A DNA stretch of 64,000 nucleotides from Candidatus Zixiibacteriota bacterium (GTDB lineage: Bacteria > Zixibacteria > MSB-5A5 > GN15 > FEB-12): NCBI GenBank assembly GCA_040753875.1, contig JBFMDV010000005.1, positions 305,142 to 369,141 on the forward strand. The letters run 5' to 3'. This document shows positions 44,840 to 56,416 of the stretch, one piece after another (within the stretch, counting starts at the first letter, position 1; each line of letters opens with the position of its first letter). The translations under genes were made by a program, and so were the position numbers. Under the pieces are notes generated by a model, which saw nothing but the letters and a program-made list of their open reading frames with translations, did no database searches and was not told the origin of the DNA.

Positions 44840-45630
44840 CGCGCCACCCCAGAGCTATCGTGACAATCTCGCTGCTTGTTGCAGCGGCACTATCAGCGGC
44901 TGCTTCCCCTTCCCAAGCAACCAACTTCGTCAGCCTGAACGGCAAGTTCTACATCTCTTATCCCGCCGATTGGAAGCAGGTCGATTTCCTGACCGTAGAT
45001 TATTTCCTGGCGCAGTCCAACGCGGGCCAGCAGACGTTTCAATACGAGGCCGTGTTCGCGCCGGCCGACCAGGTTCCGTTCAGCGATGGTCCGTATCTTA
45101 TTCTCACTGTCGACACGATCGGCAATCTGACCGATCGGCAGATTGACTCAGTGCTCGATGATCTGTCCAAAGGGTTCGGCGCGCCGATCAACCGCACAAC
45201 GAGCGGCGATCCGTTGACCGGGTTGACCGTGGCTGAACCGAGATATGACGCTTCCGCCCATCTTGTGACTATCCTTTCGGACATACGAGAGTTGAATCAG
45301 CCGCTTCGAAAAAGCCTGCTCGCGGTCAAGTTTTACCCCGGCGGTACGGCCAATTTCTATTTCTATGCGCCGGATTCTCTGTTCGCACGGGTCACTCCCG
45401 TGTTCAGGGACATTCTGGCGTCATTCTCGACGGAAAATATTCAAGCTGCCATGCCGAAAGAGGAATTGCGTCTGGCGGACTCCAAGAAAACGAGCGATAC
45501 CTCGGACGGCAGCTCGACGAAACGCCGAGGCCTGTTTGGTGGCGGCATTTTTGTTGTCATCATCCTGATCATCGTGATGGCTCGTCGCAGACGGAAACGC
45601 CGCGAAGCGGAGCAGAATCTCCAGCACTAA
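44836..45630 (+). CDS. hypothetical exported protein with C-terminal membrane anchor
   Basis: ATGA overlap with the upstream gene. It has a signal peptide (MTRHPRAIVTISLLVAAALSAAASPSQA), a C-terminal TM (LFGGGIFVVIILIIVMA) and a basic tail, RRRRKRRE. It corresponds to the 3' part of track ORF 44002-45630. Confidence 0.7.
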   Translation: MTRHPRAIVTISLLVAAALSAAASPSQATNFVSLNGKFYISYPADWKQVDFLTVDYFLAQSNAGQQTFQYEAVFAPADQVPFSDGPYLILTVDTIGNLTDRQIDSVLDDLSKGFGAPINRTTSGDPLTGLTVAEPRYDASAHLVTILSDIRELNQPLRKSLLAVKFYPGGTANFYFYAPDSLFARVTPVFRDILASFSTENIQAAMPKEELRLADSKKTSDTSDGSSTKRRGLFGGGIFVVIILIIVMARRRRKRREAEQNLQH

Positions 45631-45643
45631 GAGGAATACCCCC

Positions 45644-46771
45644 ATGGGTCATGCGTATACGCCGGGACTGAAAGTCACCGAGAAACTACTCGTCAAGAAG
45701 AACCGTATTCTCCCTCTCAAGGGAGAGGTGGTCGTCAAGACGGGCGACAGGGTCAAGCCGAGCGATGTGGTTGCCCGGACCCATCTGCCCGGCAATGTCG
45801 TGCCGCTGAACATTGCCAATAAGCTGGGTATCCCGCCGGAAGACATCGGTACCGTCATGATGAAGAAAGTCGGCGATGGAATCAAGAACGGCGAGGTGAT
45901 TGCTATCTCCAAGTCGTTGTTCGGCCTGTTCAAGAACGAATGTCAGGCCACGATCGACGGCACCATTGAATCGATCTCGCACGTAACCGGCCAGGTGCTC
46001 CTGCGCGGAGAGCCGACCCCGGTTGAAGTGAAAGCATATATCTCGGGCGAGGTGCTGGAGGTGATCCCGAAAGAGGGGGTGGTGGTGGCGTGCGTGGCCA
46101 GTTTCGTCCAGGGGATTTTCGGTATCGGCGGCGAGACGTTCGGCGCCTTGCAGGTGGTGGTCCCGGACCCGAATACCGTGCTCACCGAAAAACTCATCAC
46201 CGAAAGTCACAAGGGAAAGGTTATAGTCGGCGGCTCGCTGGTGACGGCCGATGGCCTCAAGAAGGCGATCGCCGTCGGCGTCCACGGCGTGGTGGTCGGT
46301 GGATTTGACGACAAGGACCTTCGCGATTTCCTCGGCTACGATATTGGCGTGGCGATCACCGGCTCGGAGGATATCGGCACCACGCTGGTGGTGACCGAAG
46401 GGTTCGGCCAGATCAACATGGCGCAGAAGACGTTCGATTTGCTGAAGAAGCACGAAGGAGAAATGGCCTGCATCAACGGGGCAACGCAAATCCGGGCCGG
46501 CGTGATCCGGCCGGAAGTCGTCATTCCGGCGGTTGCGGAGTCGAATATCAAAGCTGAGGCAGTGGCTGGGCAGACCGAGGGACTGAAAGTGGGATCCCCG
46601 ATTCGCGTCATCCGACATCCTCATTTCGGACGACTGGGCAAGGTGACCGACCTGCCGTCACCATTGACCGTCCTGGAATCCGAGTCCAAAGCGCGCATTC
46701 TCGAAGTGGAATTTGACGACGGTTCCCGTGCGGTTGTCCCGCGTGCCAATGTTGAGATGATTGAAGGCTGA
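45644..46771 (+). CDS. hypothetical cytoplasmic protein (N-terminal barrel-sandwich-hybrid-like segment, C-terminal KOW/SH3-like segment)
   Basis: 375 aa. The N-terminus LPLKGEVVVKTGDRVKPSDVVAR resembles lipoyl/hybrid-barrel folds. The C-terminus GSPIRVIRHPHFGRLGKVTDL is KOW-like. I recognise no family. Confidence 0.6.
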   Translation: MGHAYTPGLKVTEKLLVKKNRILPLKGEVVVKTGDRVKPSDVVARTHLPGNVVPLNIANKLGIPPEDIGTVMMKKVGDGIKNGEVIAISKSLFGLFKNECQATIDGTIESISHVTGQVLLRGEPTPVEVKAYISGEVLEVIPKEGVVVACVASFVQGIFGIGGETFGALQVVVPDPNTVLTEKLITESHKGKVIVGGSLVTADGLKKAIAVGVHGVVVGGFDDKDLRDFLGYDIGVAITGSEDIGTTLVVTEGFGQINMAQKTFDLLKKHEGEMACINGATQIRAGVIRPEVVIPAVAESNIKAEAVAGQTEGLKVGSPIRVIRHPHFGRLGKVTDLPSPLTVLESESKARILEVEFDDGSRAVVPRANVEMIEG

Positions 46772-46796
46772 AAAGCCGCAGAAAGAATTCGGTGTG

Positions 46797-46828
46797 AAAC
46801 CCTCTCCACAAGGGAGGGTTTTGTTATT
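46797..46828 (+). terminator. rho-independent terminator of the GlmL-like operon
   Basis: AAACCCTCTCC (46797-46807), loop ACAA, then GGGAGGGTTT followed by TTGTTATT. It overlaps the stop of the convergent lipoprotein gene. Confidence 0.65.
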
Positions 46829-47060
46829 CGGGGCTGTCGGGCGACTCGACCGTATCTACCGGACCAGCGGGGGCAAAATCTGCGCTGTCGAGCAGCGAAC
46901 TATCCACTCGCACCGCCGCCGGATCGAGCCGCGTACTATCGCGGAACTCGTCGGGATGTCCGGCCGCCGAAGTCTGGTCCTTTCCGGAACCATCCTTGGT
47001 ACCACATCCCAGAATAAGCACGAGCAACAAACCGACAATGATGACTATTAAGCTTCTCAT
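46824..47060 (-). CDS. small lipoprotein (78 aa)
   Basis: AGGAGGGG precedes the ATG at 47060. MRSLIVIIVGLLLVLILGCG carries the lipobox LILGC. Confidence 0.65.
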   Translation of the reverse strand: MRSLIVIIVGLLLVLILGCGTKDGSGKDQTSAAGHPDEFRDSTRLDPAAVRVDSSLLDSADFAPAGPVDTVESPDSPE

Positions 47061-47158
47061 GTAACCACCACCCCTCCTGAGCCTCTAATAACGGGCTTGG
47101 GTTCTACCGGTCAAGTTTAATATTCGGCCGCCAAGACAACACAGAAGGGCGGTTTTAG

Positions 47159-47187
47159 TTGACGCTCCCATACGGCGCGTCTATTAT
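47159..47187 (+). promoter_or_regulatory. candidate sigma70-type promoter of the tol-pal cluster
   Basis: TTGACG (47159-47164), 17 nt, TATTAT (47182-47187). Confidence 0.5.
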
Positions 47188-47261
47188 GCTGTGTTGGGGA
47201 AAGTTTGCCCAACAGGCTGCGTATAAGCAATGTAACTCCTTCGGCAAGAGAGTGATAATAG

Positions 47262-47972
47262 ATGCCAAAGCTCATTCTTGCGAGCCTGTTTTCCGGCTCG
47301 CTGTGGGAAATAATCGGGGAGACCTCCGCCTTCGGCGGGTTCATCCTCGCCGTCCTTCTGTTCATGTCGGTCACCTCGTGGGTGGTGATACTGAACAAAT
47401 GGCGGCAGTTCCGGTCGGTTGACCGGGACAACGAGCGCTTTCTGAACATGTTCCGCAAAGCGAGGCGCATCGGTGATGCCGTCGACCAGATCAAGCTGTT
47501 CCCCCACGCACCGTTGGCCGGTATCTATGCCGCCGGCGTACAGGAACTGGTGACGCTGGTGAACCGTAAGACCGGCGGCAAGCCGGAAAGTTTCACGCCG
47601 CTCGATAGTAATGACTTCGACGTGCTTGAAATGACCATGGAGAAGACGATGACCGATGAAATGGGCAAGATGGAACGGCTGGTGGTATTCCTTGCCACGA
47701 CGTCATCGGCGGCTCCGTTCATGGGCCTGCTCGGCACGGTGGTCGGCATTATGGATTCATTCTGGTCAATCGGCGAGCGCGGAAACGCCTCGCTGGCCAT
47801 CGTGGCACCCGGCATTGCCGAAGCGCTGCTGGCCACAATTGTCGGTCTCGGCGCCGCCATCCCGGCGGTCATTGCCTACAACTGGGCCAACAACAAGACC
47901 AAATTCCTCAACGACAAGGCGGGCGGGTTCATCCTGGAGTTTCTGGCCCGCGCCAAGAAGGAACTGTTCTGA
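47262..47972 (+). CDS. tolQ: Tol-Pal system protein TolQ (MotA/TolQ/ExbB family)
   Basis: 236 aa with three TM segments. The family motif GLLGTVVGIMDSF...APGIAEALLATIVGL is present. Context is tolR-tolA-tolB-pal-cpoB. Confidence 0.88.
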   Translation: MPKLILASLFSGSLWEIIGETSAFGGFILAVLLFMSVTSWVVILNKWRQFRSVDRDNERFLNMFRKARRIGDAVDQIKLFPHAPLAGIYAAGVQELVTLVNRKTGGKPESFTPLDSNDFDVLEMTMEKTMTDEMGKMERLVVFLATTSSAAPFMGLLGTVVGIMDSFWSIGERGNASLAIVAPGIAEALLATIVGLGAAIPAVIAYNWANNKTKFLNDKAGGFILEFLARAKKELF

Positions 47973-48403
47973 TGCGTCGCCCTCCTCATCGGACCTATCG
48001 GTCGATGGCCGATATCAACATCGCCAACCTTGTCGACGTGGTGCTGGTGCTCTTGATCATATTCATGATCTCCGCGCCGTTGCTTCAGTCCGGCATCGAG
48101 GTCAACCTGCCCAAGACCAAGGCGGCCGCCGCCGAGGAAGAACGCGAGGGGGTTGTCATTACCATGGATGCCAAGGGAGGAGTGTATATCAACGATGTCT
48201 GGTCGCGGATGGACAAGTTCGAAGAAGCGCTGGATAAAGAGATAAAAGCCAAGAACACGAGCGCCGTGTATATCCGTGGTGATTCGTCGGTCCCGTATGG
48301 CCTGGCTATCGACATCATCGGACGGATCAAGGAAATGGGGATAGAGCAGATCGGGCTGGTGACCGCCCATCAGGACAAGGGACAGAAGAAGCTGAAGAAA
48401 TGA
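47972..48403 (+). CDS. tolR: TolR (ExbD/TolR family)
   Basis: TGATG overlap with tolQ. DINIANLVDVVLVLLIIFMISAPLL is typical of ExbD/TolR. Confidence 0.88.
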   Translation: MRRPPHRTYRSMADINIANLVDVVLVLLIIFMISAPLLQSGIEVNLPKTKAAAAEEEREGVVITMDAKGGVYINDVWSRMDKFEEALDKEIKAKNTSAVYIRGDSSVPYGLAIDIIGRIKEMGIEQIGLVTAHQDKGQKKLKK

Positions 48404-49071
48404 TCGTACTCAAGCGGGACATCATATTCGCACTTATGCTGCATGTCGCGGCGGTAGCGGCGCTGACGGTCTCCAAGCCGTTCGATTTCCGTAAGCCGCT
48501 CCACATGGATGAGGTAATCCGTGTCACTCTCACCGGCCCACCGCCAATGAGGCCCGCGCCGCAGGTGGCCGTCGGCCCTGCGGTGACCGCACCAACTATA
48601 CCGGCCGCAGTACCTATTACGGACCCCAAGCAGCCGAAGAAGAAGCCCGCAACCAAGCCAAAGCAGGCTACCAAACCACCGAAGCGGGTCATTCACGAGC
48701 CGAGTGCGGCAGAGCTGGCGCAGTCGACTGAGATAGAAGGAGTTGGTAAAGACTCACCGTTCGCCGGAGCAACGATAAGCAATAGCTCGTTCACGTACCC
48801 TTACTGGTTCGAGCAGGCATTCATCAAAATCCAGTCCAACTGGCGCAACCCGGTGGATGCCGATGGCGTGATTGTGTGCGTTGTCTATTTCGAGGTCATC
48901 CGCTCCGGGAGAGTCGCTGAGAACAGAGTGCAGAAATCTTCCGGTATAACTGCATTTGATGACGCTTGTCTGGCGGCAGTGGACCGCTCCTCGCCGTTTC
49001 CACCCCTTCCGCGCGAGTTCCGCGATGAAATCATTGGCATCACATTGCCGTTCAAATATGAACCAAGGTAA
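48400..49071 (+). CDS. tolA: TolA/TonB-family energy transducer
   Basis: ATGA overlap with tolR. It has an N-terminal TM, a Pro/Lys-rich spacer (PKQPKKKPATKPKQATKPPK) and a TonB_C-like C-terminus (YFEVIRSGRVAENRVQKSSGITAFDDACLAAV). Confidence 0.7.
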   Translation: MIVLKRDIIFALMLHVAAVAALTVSKPFDFRKPLHMDEVIRVTLTGPPPMRPAPQVAVGPAVTAPTIPAAVPITDPKQPKKKPATKPKQATKPPKRVIHEPSAAELAQSTEIEGVGKDSPFAGATISNSSFTYPYWFEQAFIKIQSNWRNPVDADGVIVCVVYFEVIRSGRVAENRVQKSSGITAFDDACLAAVDRSSPFPPLPREFRDEIIGITLPFKYEPR

Positions 49072-49078
49072 GGCATAC

Positions 49079-50401
49079 ATGAACTTTCGGATATGGCTCT
49101 CCGCTCTCTTGATTCTCGGCGTCATTTCACCGGCCTGGGCGCAAGGCGACGATGAGGACGTTCACACTATTTTCTTCGACACCATTCGCACGGGAGATGT
49201 CCGCCCAACACCGGTCGCGGTCGAAGATATGAAATATATCGGCACCCAGTATATCACCGCTGCCGATTCGCAGATCATGGGTTCGCTCACCGGCGTGGTC
49301 CAGTTTGATCTTGATTTCTACGCCGATTTCGAGTTGGTCCGCCTCGATCCGTTCTATTTGAAAACATACGAGATCAAAGAGATGGACCTGCTGGGCTGGC
49401 AGCGACTCGGAGCACAGTATCTGGTGCGACTGGAAGCGGAGTTTCCGGCCGCCAATCTTCGCTCCCGATGGCGCCTGCTCGACACCAAGACCAAACAGGA
49501 GATTGGCAAAGGACTGTTTGAGGGGGACAGATATTCCTGGCGGGAAACTGCCCATAGAATCTCGAACGACATTGTGAAGACGCTCACTGGCGAACGAGGG
49601 GTGTTTCTCACGCAGATCGCCTATATCAGGAAAATCGGCAAGGCCAAGGAGATATTCATCGCCGACTACGACGGCGCCAACGAGAGACAACTGACCAAAA
49701 TGGGGACGATCAACATCTCTCCCTGTTTTGCACCGAGCGGGCAGGATATCTACTTTATCAGTTTCCGGGATGGGGATGCGCAATTATTCAAAGTTGACGT
49801 TAACAGCGGTAAAGTAAGCAAACTGACCAATTTCCCCGGGCTGGTGTCGGCGCCGGCTGTCTCTCCCGATGGTAACAAGATCGCGTGCATATTGACCAAA
49901 GATGGTAACTCAGAGATCTATGTGCTGGATATTTCGGGCAAGGTCATCAAGCGCCTGACCAATCACCCGGCAATCGAGTCCGCCCCCACCTGGTCACCTG
50001 ATGGGCGTCTGATCGCATTCACCTCGGACCGGACCGGTAGTCCGCAGATTTATACCATGGACGCCGATGGTTTCAACGTGAAGCGATTGACCTACGAGGG
50101 GAAATACAACGACTCCCCCCTGTGGTCCGCTCGCGGCGACCGTGTGACGTTTGTGAGCCGCACCAAGAGCGGCCGGTTTGATCTGGCCTCGATAGATACT
50201 TCGGGTGAAGGGTTTCGCATCCTGACGCAAGTGGGCCAGAACGAGAATCCGCATTTCTCGCCCGATGGCAAGCAGTTGATTTTCGCTTCCACTCGTCTTG
50301 GTACCGACGACATCTATACCGGGGACCTGTCAGGTCGAAATCAGAGACGCCTGACGCGCAGCGGTAGTTGTTCAAACCCGATCTGGGGGCCGATGCGTTG
50401 A
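49079..50401 (+). CDS. tolB: Tol-Pal system beta-propeller protein TolB
   Basis: It has a signal peptide (MNFRIWLSALLILGVISPAWAQ) and repeated SP..SPDG propeller blades. The track ORF start at 48956 was trimmed. Confidence 0.9.
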   Translation: MNFRIWLSALLILGVISPAWAQGDDEDVHTIFFDTIRTGDVRPTPVAVEDMKYIGTQYITAADSQIMGSLTGVVQFDLDFYADFELVRLDPFYLKTYEIKEMDLLGWQRLGAQYLVRLEAEFPAANLRSRWRLLDTKTKQEIGKGLFEGDRYSWRETAHRISNDIVKTLTGERGVFLTQIAYIRKIGKAKEIFIADYDGANERQLTKMGTINISPCFAPSGQDIYFISFRDGDAQLFKVDVNSGKVSKLTNFPGLVSAPAVSPDGNKIACILTKDGNSEIYVLDISGKVIKRLTNHPAIESAPTWSPDGRLIAFTSDRTGSPQIYTMDADGFNVKRLTYEGKYNDSPLWSARGDRVTFVSRTKSGRFDLASIDTSGEGFRILTQVGQNENPHFSPDGKQLIFASTRLGTDDIYTGDLSGRNQRRLTRSGSCSNPIWGPMR

Positions 50402-50505
50402 GGTTAGACCCCGTGGGCCGAAACGGGACTCGACAGGTACGGTAATCGCTTAGTGGGCTTTCGGTTACGAAAGTGGAACCGCCGCTTGATTTAGACCCTT
50501 TTTTG

Positions 50506-50534
50506 TTGACCCTGTCGGACAAGGCGTTTAGATT
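50506..50534 (+). promoter_or_regulatory. candidate internal promoter upstream of pal
   Basis: TTGACC (50506-50511), 17 nt, TAGATT (50529-50534). A second candidate is TTGACA (50544-50549), 17 nt, TATGTG (50567-50572). Confidence 0.4.
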
Positions 50535-50596
50535 CAACCATTGTTGACAGAGTGCATACATGGAATTATGTGACTAATATGGAGGTATCAGCACAC

Positions 50597-51109
50597 ATGA
50601 AAAAATTACTCTTTGTACTGGCCGTTGGATTACTGGCGGTGGCGCTTGTGGGTGTCGGTTGTGGCAAGAAGAAAGTTGCCGAAGAACAGCCGGTCACTCC
50701 ACCGGTGGTGAAGGACACAACGACGCCCAAGACGGAAACGCCGCCCGAGACGCCCAAGCCGACACTACGGGAAGACCAGTTCCAGACCGTGTATTTTGAT
50801 TTTGATAAATACAATCTCCGCCCGGATGCGAAGGCGGGCCTGGATGCCGACTACGCGCTGTTGCAGGAATACCCGGATGTGATCGTCAAGATCGAGGGGC
50901 ATTGCGACGAACGCGGCACGGTGGAGTATAACCTTTCGCTCGGCGAAAAGCGGGCTCGTTCCGCCATGGATTACCTGACCGGTCTGGGAATCTCGGCCAA
51001 CCGCATTTCCATTATCAGCTACGGCAAGGAGCGCCCGGCAGTGATGGGAAGCGATGAATCGGCCTGGGCGAAGAACCGTCGGTGCGAGTTCCGTATCGTC
51101 TCTCAGTGA
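50597..51109 (+). CDS. pal: peptidoglycan-associated lipoprotein Pal (OmpA family)
   Basis: GGAGGT precedes the ATG at 50597. It has the lipobox GVGCG and an OmpA-like domain (VYFDFDKYNLRPDA...NRRCEFRIV). Confidence 0.92.
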   Translation: MKKLLFVLAVGLLAVALVGVGCGKKKVAEEQPVTPPVVKDTTTPKTETPPETPKPTLREDQFQTVYFDFDKYNLRPDAKAGLDADYALLQEYPDVIVKIEGHCDERGTVEYNLSLGEKRARSAMDYLTGLGISANRISIISYGKERPAVMGSDESAWAKNRRCEFRIVSQ

Positions 51110-51114
51110 GTACG

Positions 51115-51882
51115 ATGAACACGATAGGCTCCGACAAACGACATCTGATAGTCGCCGTCGTTCTGACGGCGGTTGTCAGCCTGGTGGTTCTCTCCGGCTG
51201 CGTCACCAAGCGCGATATCGAAGAGATCAATATCCGGTTGGACCGGATCGAGCAGAAAGCTGTCCAGACGCAAAGGCTGGTCGCCCAGATGGATTCCACC
51301 AACACGGCCAGTGCCGAAGCGGATAAGAAACTCCGCAACGACATGCAGCAGACAGTGCTGGACCTTCAGGGGCAAATCGCCAAGCTGCTGGAGAACTACA
51401 ACGACCTGCTGACGAAAGTTGATGCACTCAGTCGCTCGAAGTCCCGTATCCAGAGCTCACCAGGAGCCCAGGACGGTGGCGAAGGCACAACCGCTACGCC
51501 CCAGTCGTCGGACTGCGACAACGCCTACGACGAGGCATTCCTGTTGGTTCGCAAAGGGGATTACGACAAGGCCATTACGGGATTTCGTGGCTTTCTGACC
51601 ACATGCCCAAAACATGCTTCAACGGAGAACGCCTACTACTGGATCGGCGAGTGCTATTATTCGCTGGAGAAATACTCCGACGCTATCACGGAGTTTGAGT
51701 ATCTGTTGAAGACCTACAAGGCGACGGCAAACGCCAGTCGCGCCTTATACAAGCTGGGGCGATCCAAGCAGGAGCTCGGGCAGAAAGCGGATGCCAAGAA
51801 GATATTCCAGCGTCTGATCGACGAGCACGGCGGCACACTTGAGGCCGAACAGGCCAAGGAACGGCTCAAAGAATTGAAGTAG
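51115..51882 (+). CDS. cpoB: Tol-Pal system protein CpoB/YbgF
   Basis: It has a signal/lipobox (VVLSGC), a coiled coil and C-terminal TPRs (AYYWIGECYYSLEKYSDAITEF...ALYKLG). Confidence 0.85.
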   Translation: MNTIGSDKRHLIVAVVLTAVVSLVVLSGCVTKRDIEEINIRLDRIEQKAVQTQRLVAQMDSTNTASAEADKKLRNDMQQTVLDLQGQIAKLLENYNDLLTKVDALSRSKSRIQSSPGAQDGGEGTTATPQSSDCDNAYDEAFLLVRKGDYDKAITGFRGFLTTCPKHASTENAYYWIGECYYSLEKYSDAITEFEYLLKTYKATANASRALYKLGRSKQELGQKADAKKIFQRLIDEHGGTLEAEQAKERLKELK

Positions 51883-51884
51883 CC

Positions 51885-52421
51885 ATGCGAGTCGACAAGC
51901 TGCAAGTTCGCATCGAGACCCCGACCGGCGAAAACATCCCCGGCCGGGGTTTTTACCAGAGAGATGAAGAATCGCTTTATGTGCAGATCGGCCAGTTTGA
52001 TCCAGCCCATCGGTTTTTTTCATTTCTCGACGGCGATCCGGTACGACTGGACCTTGACAAGGAAGGACGCCTGGTGTTCATCGAAGTGGCCGTGCCCAGG
52101 CGCGCCTGGCGTGTCGAATCGGGTCTTGTCCCACCATTAGCAGTCCTTCCTCGCGATGTCCGCTGGCTTGATTTTCGAGGCCGTATTGGCCTACCTGTCG
52201 TATCGACAAACCTCGAGCGGTCAATTGTGAAACTGGTGCTCTCGCAGGAGCCGCCGGCTCAGACGATCGCGCTGGCCGACTCGGTACTTCTCGAAATATC
52301 TGCCGAACAGACAGCAGTCGCTATCTGGGTGACGGAAATTGTGGATGATCTCGCCGGGCGGGAGATTGCCGCCTATCGGCGTCGTGGACGCACGCTTGGC
52401 CTCGTGGCCGCCGCATTGTGA
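51885..52421 (+). CDS. hypothetical protein
   Basis: 178-aa ORF starting 3 nt after cpoB. I recognise no family. Weak DUF2283-like strings are present (ESLYVQI, LDLDKEGRLVFIEV). Confidence 0.5.
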   Translation: MRVDKLQVRIETPTGENIPGRGFYQRDEESLYVQIGQFDPAHRFFSFLDGDPVRLDLDKEGRLVFIEVAVPRRAWRVESGLVPPLAVLPRDVRWLDFRGRIGLPVVSTNLERSIVKLVLSQEPPAQTIALADSVLLEISAEQTAVAIWVTEIVDDLAGREIAAYRRRGRTLGLVAAAL

Positions 52422-52435
52422 TTGACTCGGCATAG

Positions 52436-54469
<2,034 letters not shown>

Positions 54470-54507
54470 TTTGCTTGACTCAGTTAGCACGGTTCTGCCA
54501 GGTCCTG

Positions 54508-55002
54508 TCATCCGCTGACAGGTGGATGATGTGACCTGGCAAATTCGACTTCTGCTGCCTGTAACGCATCAAACGGATCCACAATCCGAAACCGACCCTG
54601 CTTCAATACGATCGGACGGATTTTGACATAGGCATTGTCCCTCCAGGCGGCAGCCGAGTCGGACGTGAGATGTGTTCCTCCCGATGCTCCAATCTGAAAC
54701 CACTCATCGAGGCAGATCACCACATGTGTCGCTTGACCTGCTTCATTCACAGCGAACAACAGGGCGCCCGACCTTGGTGAATCAAGTGAATGAGATAAAA
54801 ACCGTTTCAGCAAGCCATCGGCACTCAGGTTTTTGCGCTCAGAGAGCTGCCCGGCCGTTTTGAGACATTCGATCACAAATCCGGAGCAGTCAAAACCTGA
54901 CGGATCATCTCCGCCCCACACGTAGGGAGTCCCCAGATACGAAAGGGCAGTTCGTAGGAACCACCGTCGTGATGCAGCACATCGAGTCATGCCAACAGGC
55001 AA
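54508..55002 (-). CDS. NlpC/P60 (C40) family peptidase
   Basis: YLGTPYVWGGDDPSGFDCSGFV contains the catalytic Cys motif. A His lies downstream (THVVICL). Confidence 0.8.
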   Translation of the reverse strand: MPVGMTRCAASRRWFLRTALSYLGTPYVWGGDDPSGFDCSGFVIECLKTAGQLSERKNLSADGLLKRFLSHSLDSPRSGALLFAVNEAGQATHVVICLDEWFQIGASGGTHLTSDSAAAWRDNAYVKIRPIVLKQGRFRIVDPFDALQAAEVEFARSHHPPVSG

Positions 55003-55046
55003 TTAGCCTGATTCTGGTGCGATTCGGAGCGGAAATTGCGCTTGGG

Positions 55047-55919
55047 CTATCGGCGGGCTTGCCGTTGCGCCCAGTAAACGCCACCGAGCACGCACGCGGC
55101 GCCGATGGCTGTAATGGCCGTGAATTGCTCCCCCAGATACGGAACTGCCAGAGCCGTGGTTGCCACCGGTTCCAGATAGAGGAAATAACCAGCCTTGGCT
55201 GCGCCGATCTTGGCGATCCCCTCCTGCCAGAACCAGTGCGCCAGAGCAGTGCCGAGAATCCCCAGGAATAGAATGGCAATAGTCGCTTCTAATGGAAGAT
55301 GCGCAAATCGGGACCAGTTGGAAGTGAGCGCCATGTACCCAAGCAGCAACACACCGCAAGGCAGGAGAATCGCAAATGTGATCGCGACCGGATTCCGCTC
55401 CCGCGAAATATCACGTGTGGCGACAGTGTAGATCGCCCAGGTGAACGCCGATCCCAAAACCAGCCAGTCTCCCACGCTCTTCATCCAGCCGATATGTGAC
55501 AGATCGCCGTGCGAAATGAGAAGGACAATTCCTACCGTAGCGACAACAATCCCGATAATCTGATTCCGTCCGATCTTCTCTTTGAGGAACAGATACGACA
55601 GAACCGCCAGCACCAGCGGCGTCACTGAGATCAGCCATCCCGTATTAGTGGCCGACGTGTATTTGATTCCGGTAATCTGAATCAGAAAATGAGTAGTGAT
55701 GACAGCCGAACCGAGCAGGAGGTTCATATTCTGATGGTAGTTGAAATGCAGGCGAATCTTCTTTTTGGCAATTACTACCAGAAGTATGGGAAGTCCTATG
55801 AGAAGACGGAGTCCCAGCAGTTCGGCGGGCGAGACATAGGACAACGCGACCTTGGTGGCGACAAATGTCCACCCCCAGATTATGACGGTGAACAACAGCA
55901 GAAAGCGCGTGAGGATCAT
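55047..55919 (-). CDS. EamA/DMT-family transporter
   Basis: 290 aa with 10 predicted TM segments in two EamA-like halves. Confidence 0.8.
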   Translation of the reverse strand: MILTRFLLLFTVIIWGWTFVATKVALSYVSPAELLGLRLLIGLPILLVVIAKKKIRLHFNYHQNMNLLLGSAVITTHFLIQITGIKYTSATNTGWLISVTPLVLAVLSYLFLKEKIGRNQIIGIVVATVGIVLLISHGDLSHIGWMKSVGDWLVLGSAFTWAIYTVATRDISRERNPVAITFAILLPCGVLLLGYMALTSNWSRFAHLPLEATIAILFLGILGTALAHWFWQEGIAKIGAAKAGYFLYLEPVATTALAVPYLGEQFTAITAIGAACVLGGVYWAQRQARR

Positions 55920-55956
55920 ACGGCTTGTTCCGTGAGTTTCATACCTTGCATGGCCG

Positions 55957-55984
55957 AAGCCCTCCGGCTGTCACCGGAGGGCTT
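55957..55984 (-). terminator. stem-loop at the 3' side of the SRP RNA (possible terminator or processing hairpin)
   Basis: AAGCCCTCCGG (55957-55967) / CCGGAGGGCTT (55974-55984). There is no clear U-tract on the minus strand. Confidence 0.35.
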
Positions 55985-55990
55985 TCGTTT

Positions 55991-56262
<272 letters not shown>

Positions 56263-56266
56263 CCTG

Positions 56267-56308
56267 TTTTACCGCTTCGCGATTCAAGACGTTTAGCCCT
56301 GAATCGTT
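56267..56308 (-). promoter_or_regulatory. conserved upstream element in front of the SRP RNA (paralogous to 56502-56545)
   Basis: The plus strand TTTTACCGCTTCGCGATTCAAGACGTTTAGCCCTGAATCGTT compares with CTATCTACCGCTTCGCGAATCAAGACGATACTGCCTTGAATCGT. The shared 22-mer ACCGCTTCGCGA(A/T)TCAAGACG has 1 mismatch. Confidence 0.5.
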
Positions 56309-56416
56309 CGAGCAATTCAGTATCGCATCCTAGTCAGCTTCGCGAACAAAACCGCGTAGGTCGGGTTCCGAGTCCGCTTCGGACGAGAAACCCGACAAGC
56401 CATCACAAAAACAAAA

